Positions 50,326 to 60,778 of a stretch of DNA of 64,000 nt are shown in pieces (the first letter of the stretch is position 1; the number at the start of each line of letters is the position of its first letter). This DNA comes from an uncultured delta proteobacterium (lineage in GTDB: Bacteria > Desulfobacterota > RBG-13-43-22). The translations under genes were made by a program, and so were the position numbers. The DNA lies in NCBI GenBank assembly GCA_963790475.1, contig CAWBOS010000010.1, positions 1,344,001 to 1,408,000 on the forward strand, in the 5' to 3' direction. Under the pieces are notes generated by a model. It was not told the DNA's origin. It saw only the letters and a program-made list of their open reading frames with translations, and did no database searches.

Positions 50326-50520
50326 GGGCGGTCATCTTTTTTCCCAATTCTCTGGTTTTTTTTGAGATGCCCGTCGTAGCAGCAAAAAACCTCCATTAAA
50401 GATAGGAAATACTGGCCACTCTTGAACCTTTAAAGGGACGATACCACTATCAATTCCCTCCCAGGTTCAGAAGCAGGGCCTCCGGATGGAGGCCCGCAGG
50501 AGTGAAGAGAGATTTGATAT

Positions 50521-50560
50521 ATAAACCGGGAAAGACAGGCTGGCCTTTCCCGGGAAAAAA
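50521..50560 (-). terminator. Hairpin terminator after the porin gene
   Basis: CCGGGAAAG-N10-CTTTCCCGG with A/T flanks. Confidence 0.5.
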
Positions 50561-50570
50561 GGGTTAGTAA

Positions 50571-51851
50571 TTAGAATTTAAACTGGAAACCGACTTGAGC
50601 CATATCATAATCGTTTCCGAACTTGGAGGATGAATAACTACGGTGTTCCCAGGCAACAAAAGGCATGAATGCATTGGTAACATCGTAGGACATACCGGCT
50701 ACATAAGTGGTATAATCGTCACTGGATACGTCAGTGTTGGGGTCAAAATTATACCATCGGCCGAAGGCCCTGAGTTTCTCCACAGTCGGAATACGCACGA
50801 ACCCTTCCACTAAATAAGCCGTGCGCTTATTTTCTTCCGTGGAAGTGGAAGTGCCCTGGCCCCAATAATATTGACCCATCAAGGTAAAATAGGAGTTCTG
50901 AAATGAAATCTGTCCGATATTCATCTGCCAGTTTGGGAAATCATTGGTTCTACCGACGGTGGCGAAGGTGCTATTGCTGGATCCATAGCTCCCCACATAA
51001 GCCAATTGAAGCCCCTCTAAAACCGGCACCATGGGAGCCGGACGGAAATAGACTAACCCGGAAACGGTCTTGTTAGTATTGGCTTCCGTGTTGTTATACC
51101 CCGGTCCGTTATAAACCCCCAACCAATAACCGCCCCACTTTCCCGCAAATTGCTTGGAGGCAAATTTCAAATACTCATCATTCATATAACCTCCAAAAGC
51201 CCCATAGTTGTCAATACCCAGATCGGCCGAGGACTGAATCCCTAAATCATCCATAAGATGCTTGCCCTGGACTCGGTAAGGCCAGATGGCGGAATCATAG
51301 GCATCCGAAGGGGTATGCACCAACCCCATTTCGGTGTTCGTACCCAAAAGCTTAAGCTCGGCATAGGCATACTTCAAACGCAATTCCAACCCCTGACCTT
51401 TATCATTCGCATCTTTTGATGTAAACAAATCGGAGGTAATATTCATCCCCAACCATCCGTTGAATTCCTTGGTTAAGGTGGCATAGGCCCGGTTCAGGAC
51501 GAACTGGTTAGTCGAAGCCCCATTTGTAACGTTTCTGTTGTCCCATTCGCTAAAGATGGTAGTTCCAAATTTAAACCCTCTTAAAGCCGGGGGCAGTAAG
51601 CCGCCCTTGTCGGCTTCTTTTCTGATATCCTCCTTTATGGCCTTACTGGATCCTTCATTCTCCTTCTTGGTGTTGGAGTGCACTTCGTTCATTAAATCAT
51701 TAGCTTCCTCTTGGGTGATAACCCCTTTCTTTTGAAGAAGGTTTAAAAGATGCATAACATCCATCTCTCCGGCCCATAGGGGTGTTAGGCCCCCCCAGAC
51801 CAAAAAGCAACCCAAAGCCATCAAACAACAACTCCATTTTTTCCAATTCAT
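50571..51851 (-). CDS. Outer-membrane porin, probably phosphate-starvation induced
   Basis: Signal peptide, LLQKKGVIT helix, beta-strand pattern and C-terminal Phe. Pho boxes upstream. Confidence 0.75.
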   Translation of the reverse strand: MNWKKWSCCLMALGCFLVWGGLTPLWAGEMDVMHLLNLLQKKGVITQEEANDLMNEVHSNTKKENEGSSKAIKEDIRKEADKGGLLPPALRGFKFGTTIFSEWDNRNVTNGASTNQFVLNRAYATLTKEFNGWLGMNITSDLFTSKDANDKGQGLELRLKYAYAELKLLGTNTEMGLVHTPSDAYDSAIWPYRVQGKHLMDDLGIQSSADLGIDNYGAFGGYMNDEYLKFASKQFAGKWGGYWLGVYNGPGYNNTEANTNKTVSGLVYFRPAPMVPVLEGLQLAYVGSYGSSNSTFATVGRTNDFPNWQMNIGQISFQNSYFTLMGQYYWGQGTSTSTEENKRTAYLVEGFVRIPTVEKLRAFGRWYNFDPNTDVSSDDYTTYVAGMSYDVTNAFMPFVAWEHRSYSSSKFGNDYDMAQVGFQFKF

Positions 51852-51918
51852 GCTTTTCTCCTTTCTTCCTTTCCAAAATTGATTTTATGGTTTCTCTGTT
51901 GAGAAGATCATGAAGGGA

Positions 51919-51974
51919 AGGGTAGGAGAAGGATGTTACGGGAATATGACCGGTTCATGAATTATCGGTTAAGA
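51919..51974 (-). promoter_or_regulatory. Pho boxes upstream of the porin gene
   Basis: Minus strand TCTTAAC/AATTCAT/CGGTCAT/CCGTAAC at 11-bp period, then TACCCT 10 nt downstream. Confidence 0.65.
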
Positions 51975-52153
51975 ACCCGGGTTTTGATCATCCTTGGCCC
52001 TTTATCGGATCTTTTTCAGGGGCCATCAAAAATGTTTCTAAAATGTAATCAAATCAAGATTCTGCACCTCACCAAGAATAAGGAATGTACCTATTTCCTG
52101 AATACAATTCAAAATATCTTATTGGAGAATAGGGAGATGAGCAGGAGAAGGAA

Positions 52154-52209
52154 TTGTTAAGGAATCTTAATCTGACTGTAACAAGATTGTAACAAAAGAT
52201 GTTTAACTT
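52154..52209 (+). promoter_or_regulatory. Pho boxes upstream of pstS2
   Basis: TTGTTAA/TCTTAAT/CTGTAAC/TTGTAAC at 11-bp period, then TAACTT 10 nt downstream. Confidence 0.7.
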
Positions 52210-52238
52210 TAACTTTAATAATTTAAGGAGGAATTTCC

Positions 52239-53135
52239 ATGAAAAAATTACTGATTACTGGCTTAATATCTTTTAGTATAATGGTCTTGTTGATCCCATC
52301 CCTTGTCTTTTCGGCAACCTTCATCCAGGTCAAAGGCTCCGATACGGAGGTCAACCTGGTTCAGCGGCTGGCGGAGAATTTCATGAAAAAGAACACGAAT
52401 TACAGTGTTGCCGTCACCGGCGGCGGATCGGGGGTGGGGATCGCGGCCATCATCAATAAAACCACCGATCTTTGTAACGCCTCAAGACCTATGAAGGATA
52501 CTGAGATCGCCCAGGCCAAGGCCAATAAGGTCAATCCTCTCGGTGTTGTTTTTGCCGTGGACGGCCTTTCAGTCATCATCAATCCCAAGAATACGGTTAA
52601 ATCCCTGACCGTGGACCAGATCGGTCAGATTTATCGCGGGGAACTGACCAACTGGAAACAGGCCGGTGGCCCTGATCTGCCCATCACCCTCTATGGACGG
52701 CAGCCCAACTCCGGCACTTTTGTCTTTTTCCGGGAAGTCGTGGTTCGCGGAGATTACGCCAACAAGATGAATCAAATGAACGGCAATGCTCAAATTCTTG
52801 AAGCCGTTAAAAAGGATGCCGGAGGAATAGGCTATGTTGGCATCGGATATGTGGTGGACAATTCCGGGAAAGTGGTTTCCGGGATCAAGGTCTGCGAGGT
52901 AGCCAAGGACAGCCGGAGTAAGGCCTTTTCTCCTTTGAAGTTGGAAAATGTCATGAACGGCTCCTATCCCCTTACCCGGCCCCTTTACCAGTATTTTGAT
53001 GGAAACAACCGGACCAAGGTGGAAGCCTTTATCAGGTACGAACTGAGTCCGGAAGGGGTAGCCACCATCCGGAAGGACGGCTTTTATCCCTTGACAGAAC
53101 AGTGGAAAAAGCATAATGCCCAACTCAACTTTTAG
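52239..53135 (+). CDS. pstS: Phosphate-binding protein (second PstS subfamily)
   Basis: KGSDT, GGGSGVG, ASR, RQPNSGT and YPLTRPL motifs. Confidence 0.92.
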   Translation: MKKLLITGLISFSIMVLLIPSLVFSATFIQVKGSDTEVNLVQRLAENFMKKNTNYSVAVTGGGSGVGIAAIINKTTDLCNASRPMKDTEIAQAKANKVNPLGVVFAVDGLSVIINPKNTVKSLTVDQIGQIYRGELTNWKQAGGPDLPITLYGRQPNSGTFVFFREVVVRGDYANKMNQMNGNAQILEAVKKDAGGIGYVGIGYVVDNSGKVVSGIKVCEVAKDSRSKAFSPLKLENVMNGSYPLTRPLYQYFDGNNRTKVEAFIRYELSPEGVATIRKDGFYPLTEQWKKHNAQLNF

Positions 53136-54048
53136 AGAGAACACTCTGTCTCTTTCCCGGGAGGTCAGGATATGGAGGCGCCTCCAGGACCGGATAATTC
53201 ACCGGTTTTTTCAGTTCAATGGAATACTCTCCATCCTGATCCTCTTGGGGATTTTTATCCTCTTATTGGCCAACGCCTTCCCGGCCATAAAAAACCTGGG
53301 CCCTTCCAGTTTTTTTTCCATGATCTGGAATCCTACTTCCTATGTAAAAGAAACTTATGGCCTGGGGGCCATGATCGTCAGCACCCTGATGATCACCTTC
53401 GGGGCCCTGTTTATTGCCGTACCCATTGGTCTGGGGTGCGCGGCCTATCTGGCTGAAACGGCCCCGGGATGGCTGCGGGAAATCCTGAAACCGGTGATCG
53501 AAATTCTGGCCGGAATCCCTTCGGTGGTCCTGGGTTTCCTGGGCATCGTGGTTGTCGGACCGGCCATAGCCGAAGTTTTTCATCTCCCGAATGGACTCAA
53601 TGCCGTCAACGGGTCTATTCTGCTGGCGGTCATGAGTCTTCCGACCATTATCAGCATTTCCGAAGACGCCATTTCCTCGGTTCCCCGAACTTATAAAGAT
53701 GCTTCGTTGGCCCTGGGGGCCACTCGTTGGCAGACCTTGATCAAGGTCGTATTCCCATCGGCCCTTTCCGGAATCATCGCTTCGGTGATGCTGGGTATGG
53801 GACGGGCCATCGGGGAGACCATGACGGTCCTCATGGCCACGGGCAATGCCCTGAGCACCCCTCATAGTTTTTTCGATTCCGTCCGAACCATGACCGCTGC
53901 CATCGCCATAGAATTGGGGGAAGTCCCTTTTGGGTCCAACCACTATCATGGTTTGTTTGTGGTTGGGTTCATCCTTTTTCTGATGACCTTTGCCGTGAAT
54001 CTGATTGCCGATATCGTGCTGGCCAAATACCAGGAAGTTGAGAGATGA
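53116..54048 (+). CDS. pstC: Phosphate ABC permease (start uncertain)
   Basis: LAGIPSVVLG and GRAIGETMTV motifs. Confidence 0.9.
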   Translation: MPNSTFRENTLSLSREVRIWRRLQDRIIHRFFQFNGILSILILLGIFILLLANAFPAIKNLGPSSFFSMIWNPTSYVKETYGLGAMIVSTLMITFGALFIAVPIGLGCAAYLAETAPGWLREILKPVIEILAGIPSVVLGFLGIVVVGPAIAEVFHLPNGLNAVNGSILLAVMSLPTIISISEDAISSVPRTYKDASLALGATRWQTLIKVVFPSALSGIIASVMLGMGRAIGETMTVLMATGNALSTPHSFFDSVRTMTAAIAIELGEVPFGSNHYHGLFVVGFILFLMTFAVNLIADIVLAKYQEVER

Positions 54049-54905
54049 AAACAAGGGCCTTAACCGAAAAGATCGGCTTTACCGGCTTGATGCTGGCCAG
54101 CGCCCTGGTGGTCCTCATCCTGTTCGGGATCCTGACCAATATTTTTTATAATGGGTTCTCTGTTTTGAGCTGGGGATTCCTTACCGAATCCCCTCGGGAG
54201 GGGATGACGGCCGGAGGAATCCTGCCGGCCATCATCGGGACCTTTCTGGTCAGCCTGATCACCATCATTCTGGCTGTTCCCCTGGGCATGTTCAGCGCCA
54301 TTTACCTCAATGAATATGCCTATCAGGGCCGGCTGGTTCGTGTGATCCGGCTGTCCATACGGAACCTTTCCGGAGTTCCGTCCATTGTCTATGGCCTGTT
54401 CGGCGTGGCCCTTTTTGTCCGGTTTCTTCATTTTGGGGCCAGTATTCTTTCCGCCGGTCTGACCTTAGGACTCCTGACCCTGCCCTGGACGATTACCGCC
54501 AGCGAGGAGGCCTTGAAGACTGTGCCCAAGGCCTTTCGGGATGGGGCCTTGGCCCTGGGGGCCACCAAGTGGCAGGCCATCCGCACCAATGTCCTCCCTT
54601 ATGCCGTCCCCGGCATGCTGACCGGAGCCATACTGGGGTTGGCCCGGGCCGCCGGTGAAACCGCTCCGATTTTATTTACCGGGGCGGCCTTTTTTATCCC
54701 TTTTCTTCCCCACTCTCTTTTTGATCAGTTTATGGCCCTCCCCTATCATCTTTATATTCTGGCCACCCAGCACCAGGACATCGCCAAGGTCCGTCCCATC
54801 GCCTACGGGACCGCCCTGGTATTGATCGCTCTCATCCTTTGTCTCAACGCGGTGGCCGTCACCATACGTTATCGATACCGCAAGAAAGCCAGGATGGCGG
54901 GGTAA
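54045..54905 (+). CDS. pstA: Phosphate ABC permease
   Basis: [10 protein letters not shown] and [10 protein letters not shown] motifs. Confidence 0.92.
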   Translation: MKTRALTEKIGFTGLMLASALVVLILFGILTNIFYNGFSVLSWGFLTESPREGMTAGGILPAIIGTFLVSLITIILAVPLGMFSAIYLNEYAYQGRLVRVIRLSIRNLSGVPSIVYGLFGVALFVRFLHFGASILSAGLTLGLLTLPWTITASEEALKTVPKAFRDGALALGATKWQAIRTNVLPYAVPGMLTGAILGLARAAGETAPILFTGAAFFIPFLPHSLFDQFMALPYHLYILATQHQDIAKVRPIAYGTALVLIALILCLNAVAVTIRYRYRKKARMAG

Positions 54906-54906
54906 C

Positions 54907-55695
54907 ATGGCTCCTGTCGACTCATCCGTTCATCCTGCCAGTCCGGCCAAGATCATTGTCCGTGATTTAAACTTCTATTATGGTTCCCATCTGGCTTTGG
55001 ATAATCTGAATCTGGATATCCCTCCCAACCGGGTCACCGCCTTTATCGGTCCTTCCGGATGCGGGAAAAGCACCTTTTTACGCTGCCTGAATCGTATGAA
55101 TGAGACTATATTGGGGACCCGGATCGAAGGAACGGTCCTCATAGACGGTGAAAACATTTATGCCCCGGAAGTCGATGTAGTCGATGTGCGCCGCCGGATA
55201 GGGATGGTTTTTCAAAAATCGAACCCTTTTCCAAAAACGATTTTTGAAAACGTGGCCTACGGACTGCGCATCAACGGATTGAGGGACAGGCACAAGATTG
55301 CCGAGCTGGTAGAGACCAGTCTGATTAATGCCGCTATCTGGGAAGAAGTAAAAGACCGGCTCGATGAATCGGCCATGGGATTGTCGGGCGGCCAGCAACA
55401 GCGGCTGTGCATCGCCCGGGCTTTGGCTATTGAACCGGAAGTGATTTTAATGGATGAGCCGGCCTCGGCCTTAGACCCCATCGCCACCCAAAAGATCGAA
55501 GATCTGATTCAACACCTGAAAAAAAATTATACCATCGTTATCGTCACCCACAACATGCAGCAGGCCGCCCGCGTTTCCGATATCACCGCTTTCTTTTATC
55601 TGGGAAAACTCATTGAAGTCAATGAGACCGGAATTCTTTTTACAAAACCCCGGTTGACTCAAACGGAAGATTATATCACCGGAAGGTTCGGTTGA
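54907..55695 (+). CDS. pstB: Phosphate ABC ATPase
   Basis: [18 protein letters not shown] and YITGRFG motifs. Confidence 0.93.
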   Translation: MAPVDSSVHPASPAKIIVRDLNFYYGSHLALDNLNLDIPPNRVTAFIGPSGCGKSTFLRCLNRMNETILGTRIEGTVLIDGENIYAPEVDVVDVRRRIGMVFQKSNPFPKTIFENVAYGLRINGLRDRHKIAELVETSLINAAIWEEVKDRLDESAMGLSGGQQQRLCIARALAIEPEVILMDEPASALDPIATQKIEDLIQHLKKNYTIVIVTHNMQQAARVSDITAFFYLGKLIEVNETGILFTKPRLTQTEDYITGRFG

Positions 55696-55714
55696 ATTAC
55701 GCCGGGTAAGCTAA

Positions 55715-55743
55715 TTGATTTTCTAATTTCAATGGTGTACTCT
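55715..55743 (+). promoter_or_regulatory. Putative sigma70 promoter
   Basis: TTGATT-17-TACTCT with an extended TG. Confidence 0.45.
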
Positions 55744-55801
55744 CTAAAAAAAGAGGTTACTCGTTGGAGGCTGAAAAATCGAACCCCGAACCAACCAATC
55801 T

Positions 55802-57132
55802 TTGACTATCCTGGTGGTGGATGATGAGGTCAATATCCGTAAAACCTTATCGGTTTGCCTGGAAACCGAAGGCCATAAGGTTTTTGGAGTAAGCAATTTT
55901 CAGGATGCCCTGATTGAAGCCGCACACCGATCTTTCGATCTGGCTTTTGTCGATTTGCGTCTCGGCACCGAGGACGGCCTTGATCTGATTCCGGCCTTAC
56001 TGGCTGCATCGCCCTGGCTCAAGATCATCGTCATCACGGCCTATGCCTCCATCGATACGGCCGTTGAGGCCATGCGTCGTGGCGCTACCGACTATATCCC
56101 AAAACCATTCACGCCCACCCAGGTCAAGCTGGCCGTTCAAAAAACGTTTAACATACGCAACCTGGAACAAAAAGTGGCCGCCTTACAAGAAGACCTGGGA
56201 CGCTCCAATCCCGAGATTAGACTGGACAGTGCCAGCCCGGCAATGCAGCGAGCAGTGAATCTGGCCCGGCAGGCGGCCCCATCCGAGGCCACGATTCTTC
56301 TTCGTGGAGAAAGCGGAACCGGCAAGACCGTCCTGGCCAAGGCCATTCACTCCTGGAGCAAGCGGGCGGCCAAACCCCTCGGCATCATTTCCTGCCCATC
56401 GTTTTCCTCGGAATTGCTCGAAAGCGAGCTATTCGGACATATCAAAGGGGCTTTCACCGGAGCCGTCCGCGACAATCCGGGTCGTATTGCCGCCTGCCAG
56501 GGGGGCACACTTCTTCTGGATGAGATCGGAGATTTGCCCCTGTCCCTTCAACCGAAGTTGCTGCGTTTTATCCAGGAAAGGGAATATGAACGGGTCGGCG
56601 ATTCATTTACTCGGAAAGCCGATGTTCGTCTGATTACAGCCACCAACGTGGATTTGGAAAAGGCGGTGAAGGAAGGTCAGTTCCGGGAAGATCTCTTTTT
56701 TCGACTCAATGTGATTCAAATCGAAATCCCCCCATTGCGGGATCGTCCGGAAGATGTAATTACACTTGCCGAACAATTACTGTTATTCTATGGACGGAAG
56801 AATCATCGCTCTTTATTTGGGATTTACTCCGGAAGCCATTCAAGCCCTCAGTCAATATGCCTGGCCGGGGAATGTCCGGGAATTAAACAATATCATTGAA
56901 CGCGCTGCCATTTTTTGCCGGACCGAGCGTGTCGGCATCGAATGTCTCCCCACCAACCTGCTCCCCAGTGAATCCCTGCCAACAATCGGCGATCCAGTCA
57001 CCCTTGGGAAAAATCGAAGAACAGCATATCCGGAGAATCCTGGCCACCACCAAGTCATTACAGGAAGCGGCCGACATCCTGGGTATCGATCAAGCCACCC
57101 TTTGGCGCCGCCGTAAGAAGTACGGGATCTGA
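55802..57132 (+). CDS. Sigma54-dependent response regulator (NtrC/AlgB-like), frameshifts near 56815 and 57010
   Basis: Receiver domain, GESGTGK and [14 protein letters not shown] and the [20 protein letters not shown] fall in successive frames. Confidence 0.85.
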
Positions 57133-57338
57133 AAATCCGAGAATCCTTAATCCTAAGGGTTTGCCCAACCATGGTCATAAAGAGGGCCGTCGATACCTTC
57201 TTCCCCTAGTCAATCAATTGGAATGAAAAAATTCTCTTGCACAATGGCTTAATTTCCATTATAAATATTTTTAAGCTTATCAAAAAAAATACCATTCAAA
57301 ATTTGCTTTTCTTTACCCGTGGATTATCAATTAAACTA

Positions 57339-57632
57339 ATGAAAAGAAAATTTACGCTATTCCTGCTCCTCTGTTTTTCTCTCACCATACTGGGGCTCGC
57401 CTTTCATCACCATCAGGATGGCGTCTCCCATGACGATTGTCCCATCTGTTTTAATGTCGCCCACCAGGCCAACTTCGCTTTTGTCGATGTTCCTCAAATC
57501 GAATTACCAACTTTCGATATTTTCCTCGTATCTTTAGAAAATACAATTAATTTTTCCTATCTTTTTTGCCCTCTCTATTCAAAACGAGCTCCCCCTGAGT
57601 ATTTTCCAAACGCCAAAACGACTCTAATTTAA
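57339..57632 (+). CDS. DUF2946-like leader peptide with His-rich CxxC and RAPP motif
   Basis: Hydrophobic N-terminus, HHHQDGVSHDDCPIC and SKRAPP near the C-terminus. Confidence 0.75.
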   Translation: MKRKFTLFLLLCFSLTILGLAFHHHQDGVSHDDCPICFNVAHQANFAFVDVPQIELPTFDIFLVSLENTINFSYLFCPLYSKRAPPEYFPNAKTTLI

Positions 57633-57682
57633 GAAACCAAGAGACATTTCATCAGAAAAGTTGAATAGGAGGAAATGCCATC

Positions 57683-59062
57683 ATGAAGAGCATGATTGCA
57701 CTCGTCATACTTGTATCTTTGTCATTTTCGACAGTCCTGTCTGCTGAGACCTTGGAAGATCGAATAAAAATCCTTGAGGACACTCTCAAAAAACAGGAAC
57801 AGACCCTTTCCGAGCAACGAAAGTTGATCGAAGAATTAAAAGCAGGAATCCAGTCTCCTGCTCCCTCCGCTGGTTCCGCGACGACTCAGACCGTAGCGCC
57901 CGTGCCGATGCAACAGCAAGTACAGGAGTTGAAGGAGAAGGTGGATCAGGTGGTCGAAGCGCAGAAGAAGACCGTTCCCAGCATATTCAATCCTTCCATC
58001 GGACTCGTAGGTGAAACGGTTTTCTCCTACCGCAGCAAGGGAAAGAACGACACAGGCAGCGACCGGCCCGGCGGGTTCGACGTATTCCAACGTTCGGTGG
58101 AATTGAACCTGAGCGCATCAGTCGACCCCTTTGCCCGCGGTTATGCGGTGATCAATGCCTCTGCCGACCCGATTACCGGCGAATCGAGCGCTACAGTGGA
58201 AGAGGCCGCCATAGTCACGACCTCACTGCCCTGGAACCTGACGGTTCAAGCGGGACGATTCTTTGCTGAATTCGGCCGGTTGGCCTACATCCACGATCAT
58301 GAACTGCCCGTTGTGAATCGTCCTCTGGTGCTCGATCGATACATCGGCGGCGAATCAAAAACAGACGGGGTACAGCTCAACTACCTGCTGCCGATCCCGC
58401 ATTACGTGAGCCTGACCGTGGGCGCGGGAAATCAATTTGGCGGCACACCCAATAATGTCGGCGATTTCCGTGACTTCAGCGGATTGAACCTTTGGGGCCG
58501 CTTATCCACCTATTTTGACCTGACACCCGATATCTCCTTCGAGCCCGGCCTTTCCGGGCTGTGGAATCCGAGTGCCAATGACCGTGGCGGCGCGCTTCTC
58601 CAACCCGATGGCAGCACGCTCTCCGAACGTGAGCGCCGCTTGTACGGAGCAGACTTCGTGCTGAGCTGGCGGCCTCTGCGCAACAATCAGTTCCAGAGCA
58701 TCACTTGGGGAACGGAAGTGCTCTACAGCGACAACCATTATGACGTTAATTCATCAGGCGGCGACCTGTCCAGCCGCTCCGTGAGCTCCTTGGGGCTGTA
58801 TTCGTATCTCGCTTACAAGTTCCATCGGCAATGGACCGCCGGGTTCGCCTTTGACTGGCTGGAGGACGCGCTGAATAAAGAAGCCAAAACCTCAGCCTAC
58901 TCTCCCTACCTCACCTGGTCTTTGAGCCACTGGAATCAACTGCGCCTTCAATACACACACACCGAGAACAATGCCGCGACCGGCCTGCGCTCCGATGATG
59001 CCGTTTATTTGCAATGGTCCTGGATTATCGGCTCACATTCACATGGGTGGCAGCAACGCTGA
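57683..59062 (+). CDS. Outer-membrane beta-barrel associated with metal uptake
   Basis: Signal peptide and coiled coil. FNPSIG, ASVDPF, EEA, HDHE and C-terminal IGSHSH. Confidence 0.7.
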   Translation: MKSMIALVILVSLSFSTVLSAETLEDRIKILEDTLKKQEQTLSEQRKLIEELKAGIQSPAPSAGSATTQTVAPVPMQQQVQELKEKVDQVVEAQKKTVPSIFNPSIGLVGETVFSYRSKGKNDTGSDRPGGFDVFQRSVELNLSASVDPFARGYAVINASADPITGESSATVEEAAIVTTSLPWNLTVQAGRFFAEFGRLAYIHDHELPVVNRPLVLDRYIGGESKTDGVQLNYLLPIPHYVSLTVGAGNQFGGTPNNVGDFRDFSGLNLWGRLSTYFDLTPDISFEPGLSGLWNPSANDRGGALLQPDGSTLSERERRLYGADFVLSWRPLRNNQFQSITWGTEVLYSDNHYDVNSSGGDLSSRSVSSLGLYSYLAYKFHRQWTAGFAFDWLEDALNKEAKTSAYSPYLTWSLSHWNQLRLQYTHTENNAATGLRSDDAVYLQWSWIIGSHSHGWQQR

Positions 59063-59084
59063 CCCTGAAAAGGAGGAACCCAAC

Positions 59085-60017
59085 ATGAAATCTAAATTAT
59101 TCAGTTTAATAACGATCATCGCGCTCATTGGGTTATGGTCCGGTTGGGCGATGCCTGCCCAGGCGGCTAAAATCCGCATAGTCACAACACTAACCGACTT
59201 AGCGGACTTTGCCCGCGCCGTCGGCGGCGACCTGGTCGAAGTTCACAGCCTGGCCACGGGCGTCGAAGATACCCACGGGGTCCCGATGAAACCAAGCTTC
59301 GTGCCGATCATGAACCGGGCAGACCTCTTGGTCCTGGTAGGTTTCGATTGCGAGCACGCCTTCCTGCCCGCACTGCTGGAAGCGAGCAAGAATCCGCGCA
59401 TCCAGATCGGCACCTCCGGCTACGTTGACTGTTCGAAGGGCATTATCCCCCGCGATGTGCCCAAGTCAACCGATCACTCTGCGGGGGACGTCCATCCTTA
59501 CGGCAACCCGCACTACGTGCTCGATCCGGTATTGGCAAAGACCGCAATTGAGAACATCTATAACGCCCTGGGAACCTTCGCTCCACAATATCGTGCAGAA
59601 TTCACGCACAACCGCGATGCGTATCTCGCCAGGCTCAACGCCAAGATTGCCGAGTGGGAAAAGGAGGCCAAATCGCTCAAAGGCGTGAAGTTCGTCTCCT
59701 ATCACGAGCATTGGCCCTACTTCGCAGAACGCTTTGGCCTGGACTATTTCGGCACGATTGAACTGAAGCCGGGTATCGATCCGACGGCACGTCATATTGA
59801 GGAATTGATCACCGAGATGAGAGCCAATCATGTTCCTATCGTCGTACGCGAGCCGCAGTTTCCGGAAAAGGTACCGAAACGCATTGCCGAACAGACCGGT
59901 GCAACTCTGATAAAGCTGCCCATCATGCCGGGTGCCGTACCCAACACGGAGACGTACATTAAGATGATGGATTATATCGTTCACACCATGGTCACCGCCG
60001 TACAAGGCAGAAAATAA
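59085..60017 (+). CDS. Metal (Zn/Mn-type) ABC substrate-binding protein
   Basis: EDTH, GDVHPYGNPHYVLDP, YHEHW and ELKPGIDPT motifs. Confidence 0.88.
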   Translation: MKSKLFSLITIIALIGLWSGWAMPAQAAKIRIVTTLTDLADFARAVGGDLVEVHSLATGVEDTHGVPMKPSFVPIMNRADLLVLVGFDCEHAFLPALLEASKNPRIQIGTSGYVDCSKGIIPRDVPKSTDHSAGDVHPYGNPHYVLDPVLAKTAIENIYNALGTFAPQYRAEFTHNRDAYLARLNAKIAEWEKEAKSLKGVKFVSYHEHWPYFAERFGLDYFGTIELKPGIDPTARHIEELITEMRANHVPIVVREPQFPEKVPKRIAEQTGATLIKLPIMPGAVPNTETYIKMMDYIVHTMVTAVQGRK

Positions 60018-60075
60018 AGTCAAAAGGAGCGGGCTCCATCCATGCCTTGCCCGGGTGGAGCCCATTTGCAAAGAC

Positions 60076-60777
60076 ATGAAAGATCCTCTCATCACATTGG
60101 ACAACCTGAGTATCGGGTACAACGGCCAGTCCGTACTTTCCGGAATTTCGCTCTCTCTTGCCCGGGCCAGCTTCACCGCTATTCTGGGTATCAACGGTTC
60201 GGGCAAATCGACCCTGCTCAAGACGATACTTGGACTGCTTCACCCGATCTCGGGCCGCATTGAGACTGGATCGCTGGTGTTCGGATACGTCCCTCAATCC
60301 ATTCAGTTCGATCCGGTTTATCTGCTGACAGGGTTCGAGGTAGCCCTGATGGGCACCTATGGACGCATCCGACCCGGGCATTTTGTCCCACCGACAGAAA
60401 AGTCCTTCACTCGAGAATGCCTGCGTGCCGCCGGTGCTGAAGAGTTTGCCCAGAAGCGGTTTGCCGAGCTCTCCGGCGGCCAGAAGCAACGGGTGCTCAT
60501 CGCCCGAGCCTTGACGACGGGCCCTGACGTCCTGGTCCTCGACGAACCCACCGCAGGAGTGGACCACGCCGCGACGCAAGCGGTGCTGGAGTTTATTGTA
60601 CAAATCCGCAAGGAAAGAAAAATCACGATTTTGCTCGTCACGCATGACTTTGCCGTGGTTCGCCGTCACGCCGAGCAGGTCATCTGGCTTCATGAGGGCA
60701 GGGTGCTCCACGGCACCACGGACGAATTACTCTCCCGGGAGAAGATGGCGGAAATTTTCAAAATGGAGATCGGCTGA
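60076..60777 (+). CDS. Metal ABC ATPase
   Basis: GINGSGKST, GYVPQ, LSGGQKQR and VTHD motifs. Confidence 0.9.
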   Translation: MKDPLITLDNLSIGYNGQSVLSGISLSLARASFTAILGINGSGKSTLLKTILGLLHPISGRIETGSLVFGYVPQSIQFDPVYLLTGFEVALMGTYGRIRPGHFVPPTEKSFTRECLRAAGAEEFAQKRFAELSGGQKQRVLIARALTTGPDVLVLDEPTAGVDHAATQAVLEFIVQIRKERKITILLVTHDFAVVRRHAEQVIWLHEGRVLHGTTDELLSREKMAEIFKMEIG

Positions 60778-60778
60778 A

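Noticed and set aside
57220-57275. Fur/Zur box upstream of the metal-uptake leader
   Set aside because: Only weak AT-rich partial palindromes (TGAAAAAATTCTC, AATGG-N8-CCATT), not distinguishable from background by eye.
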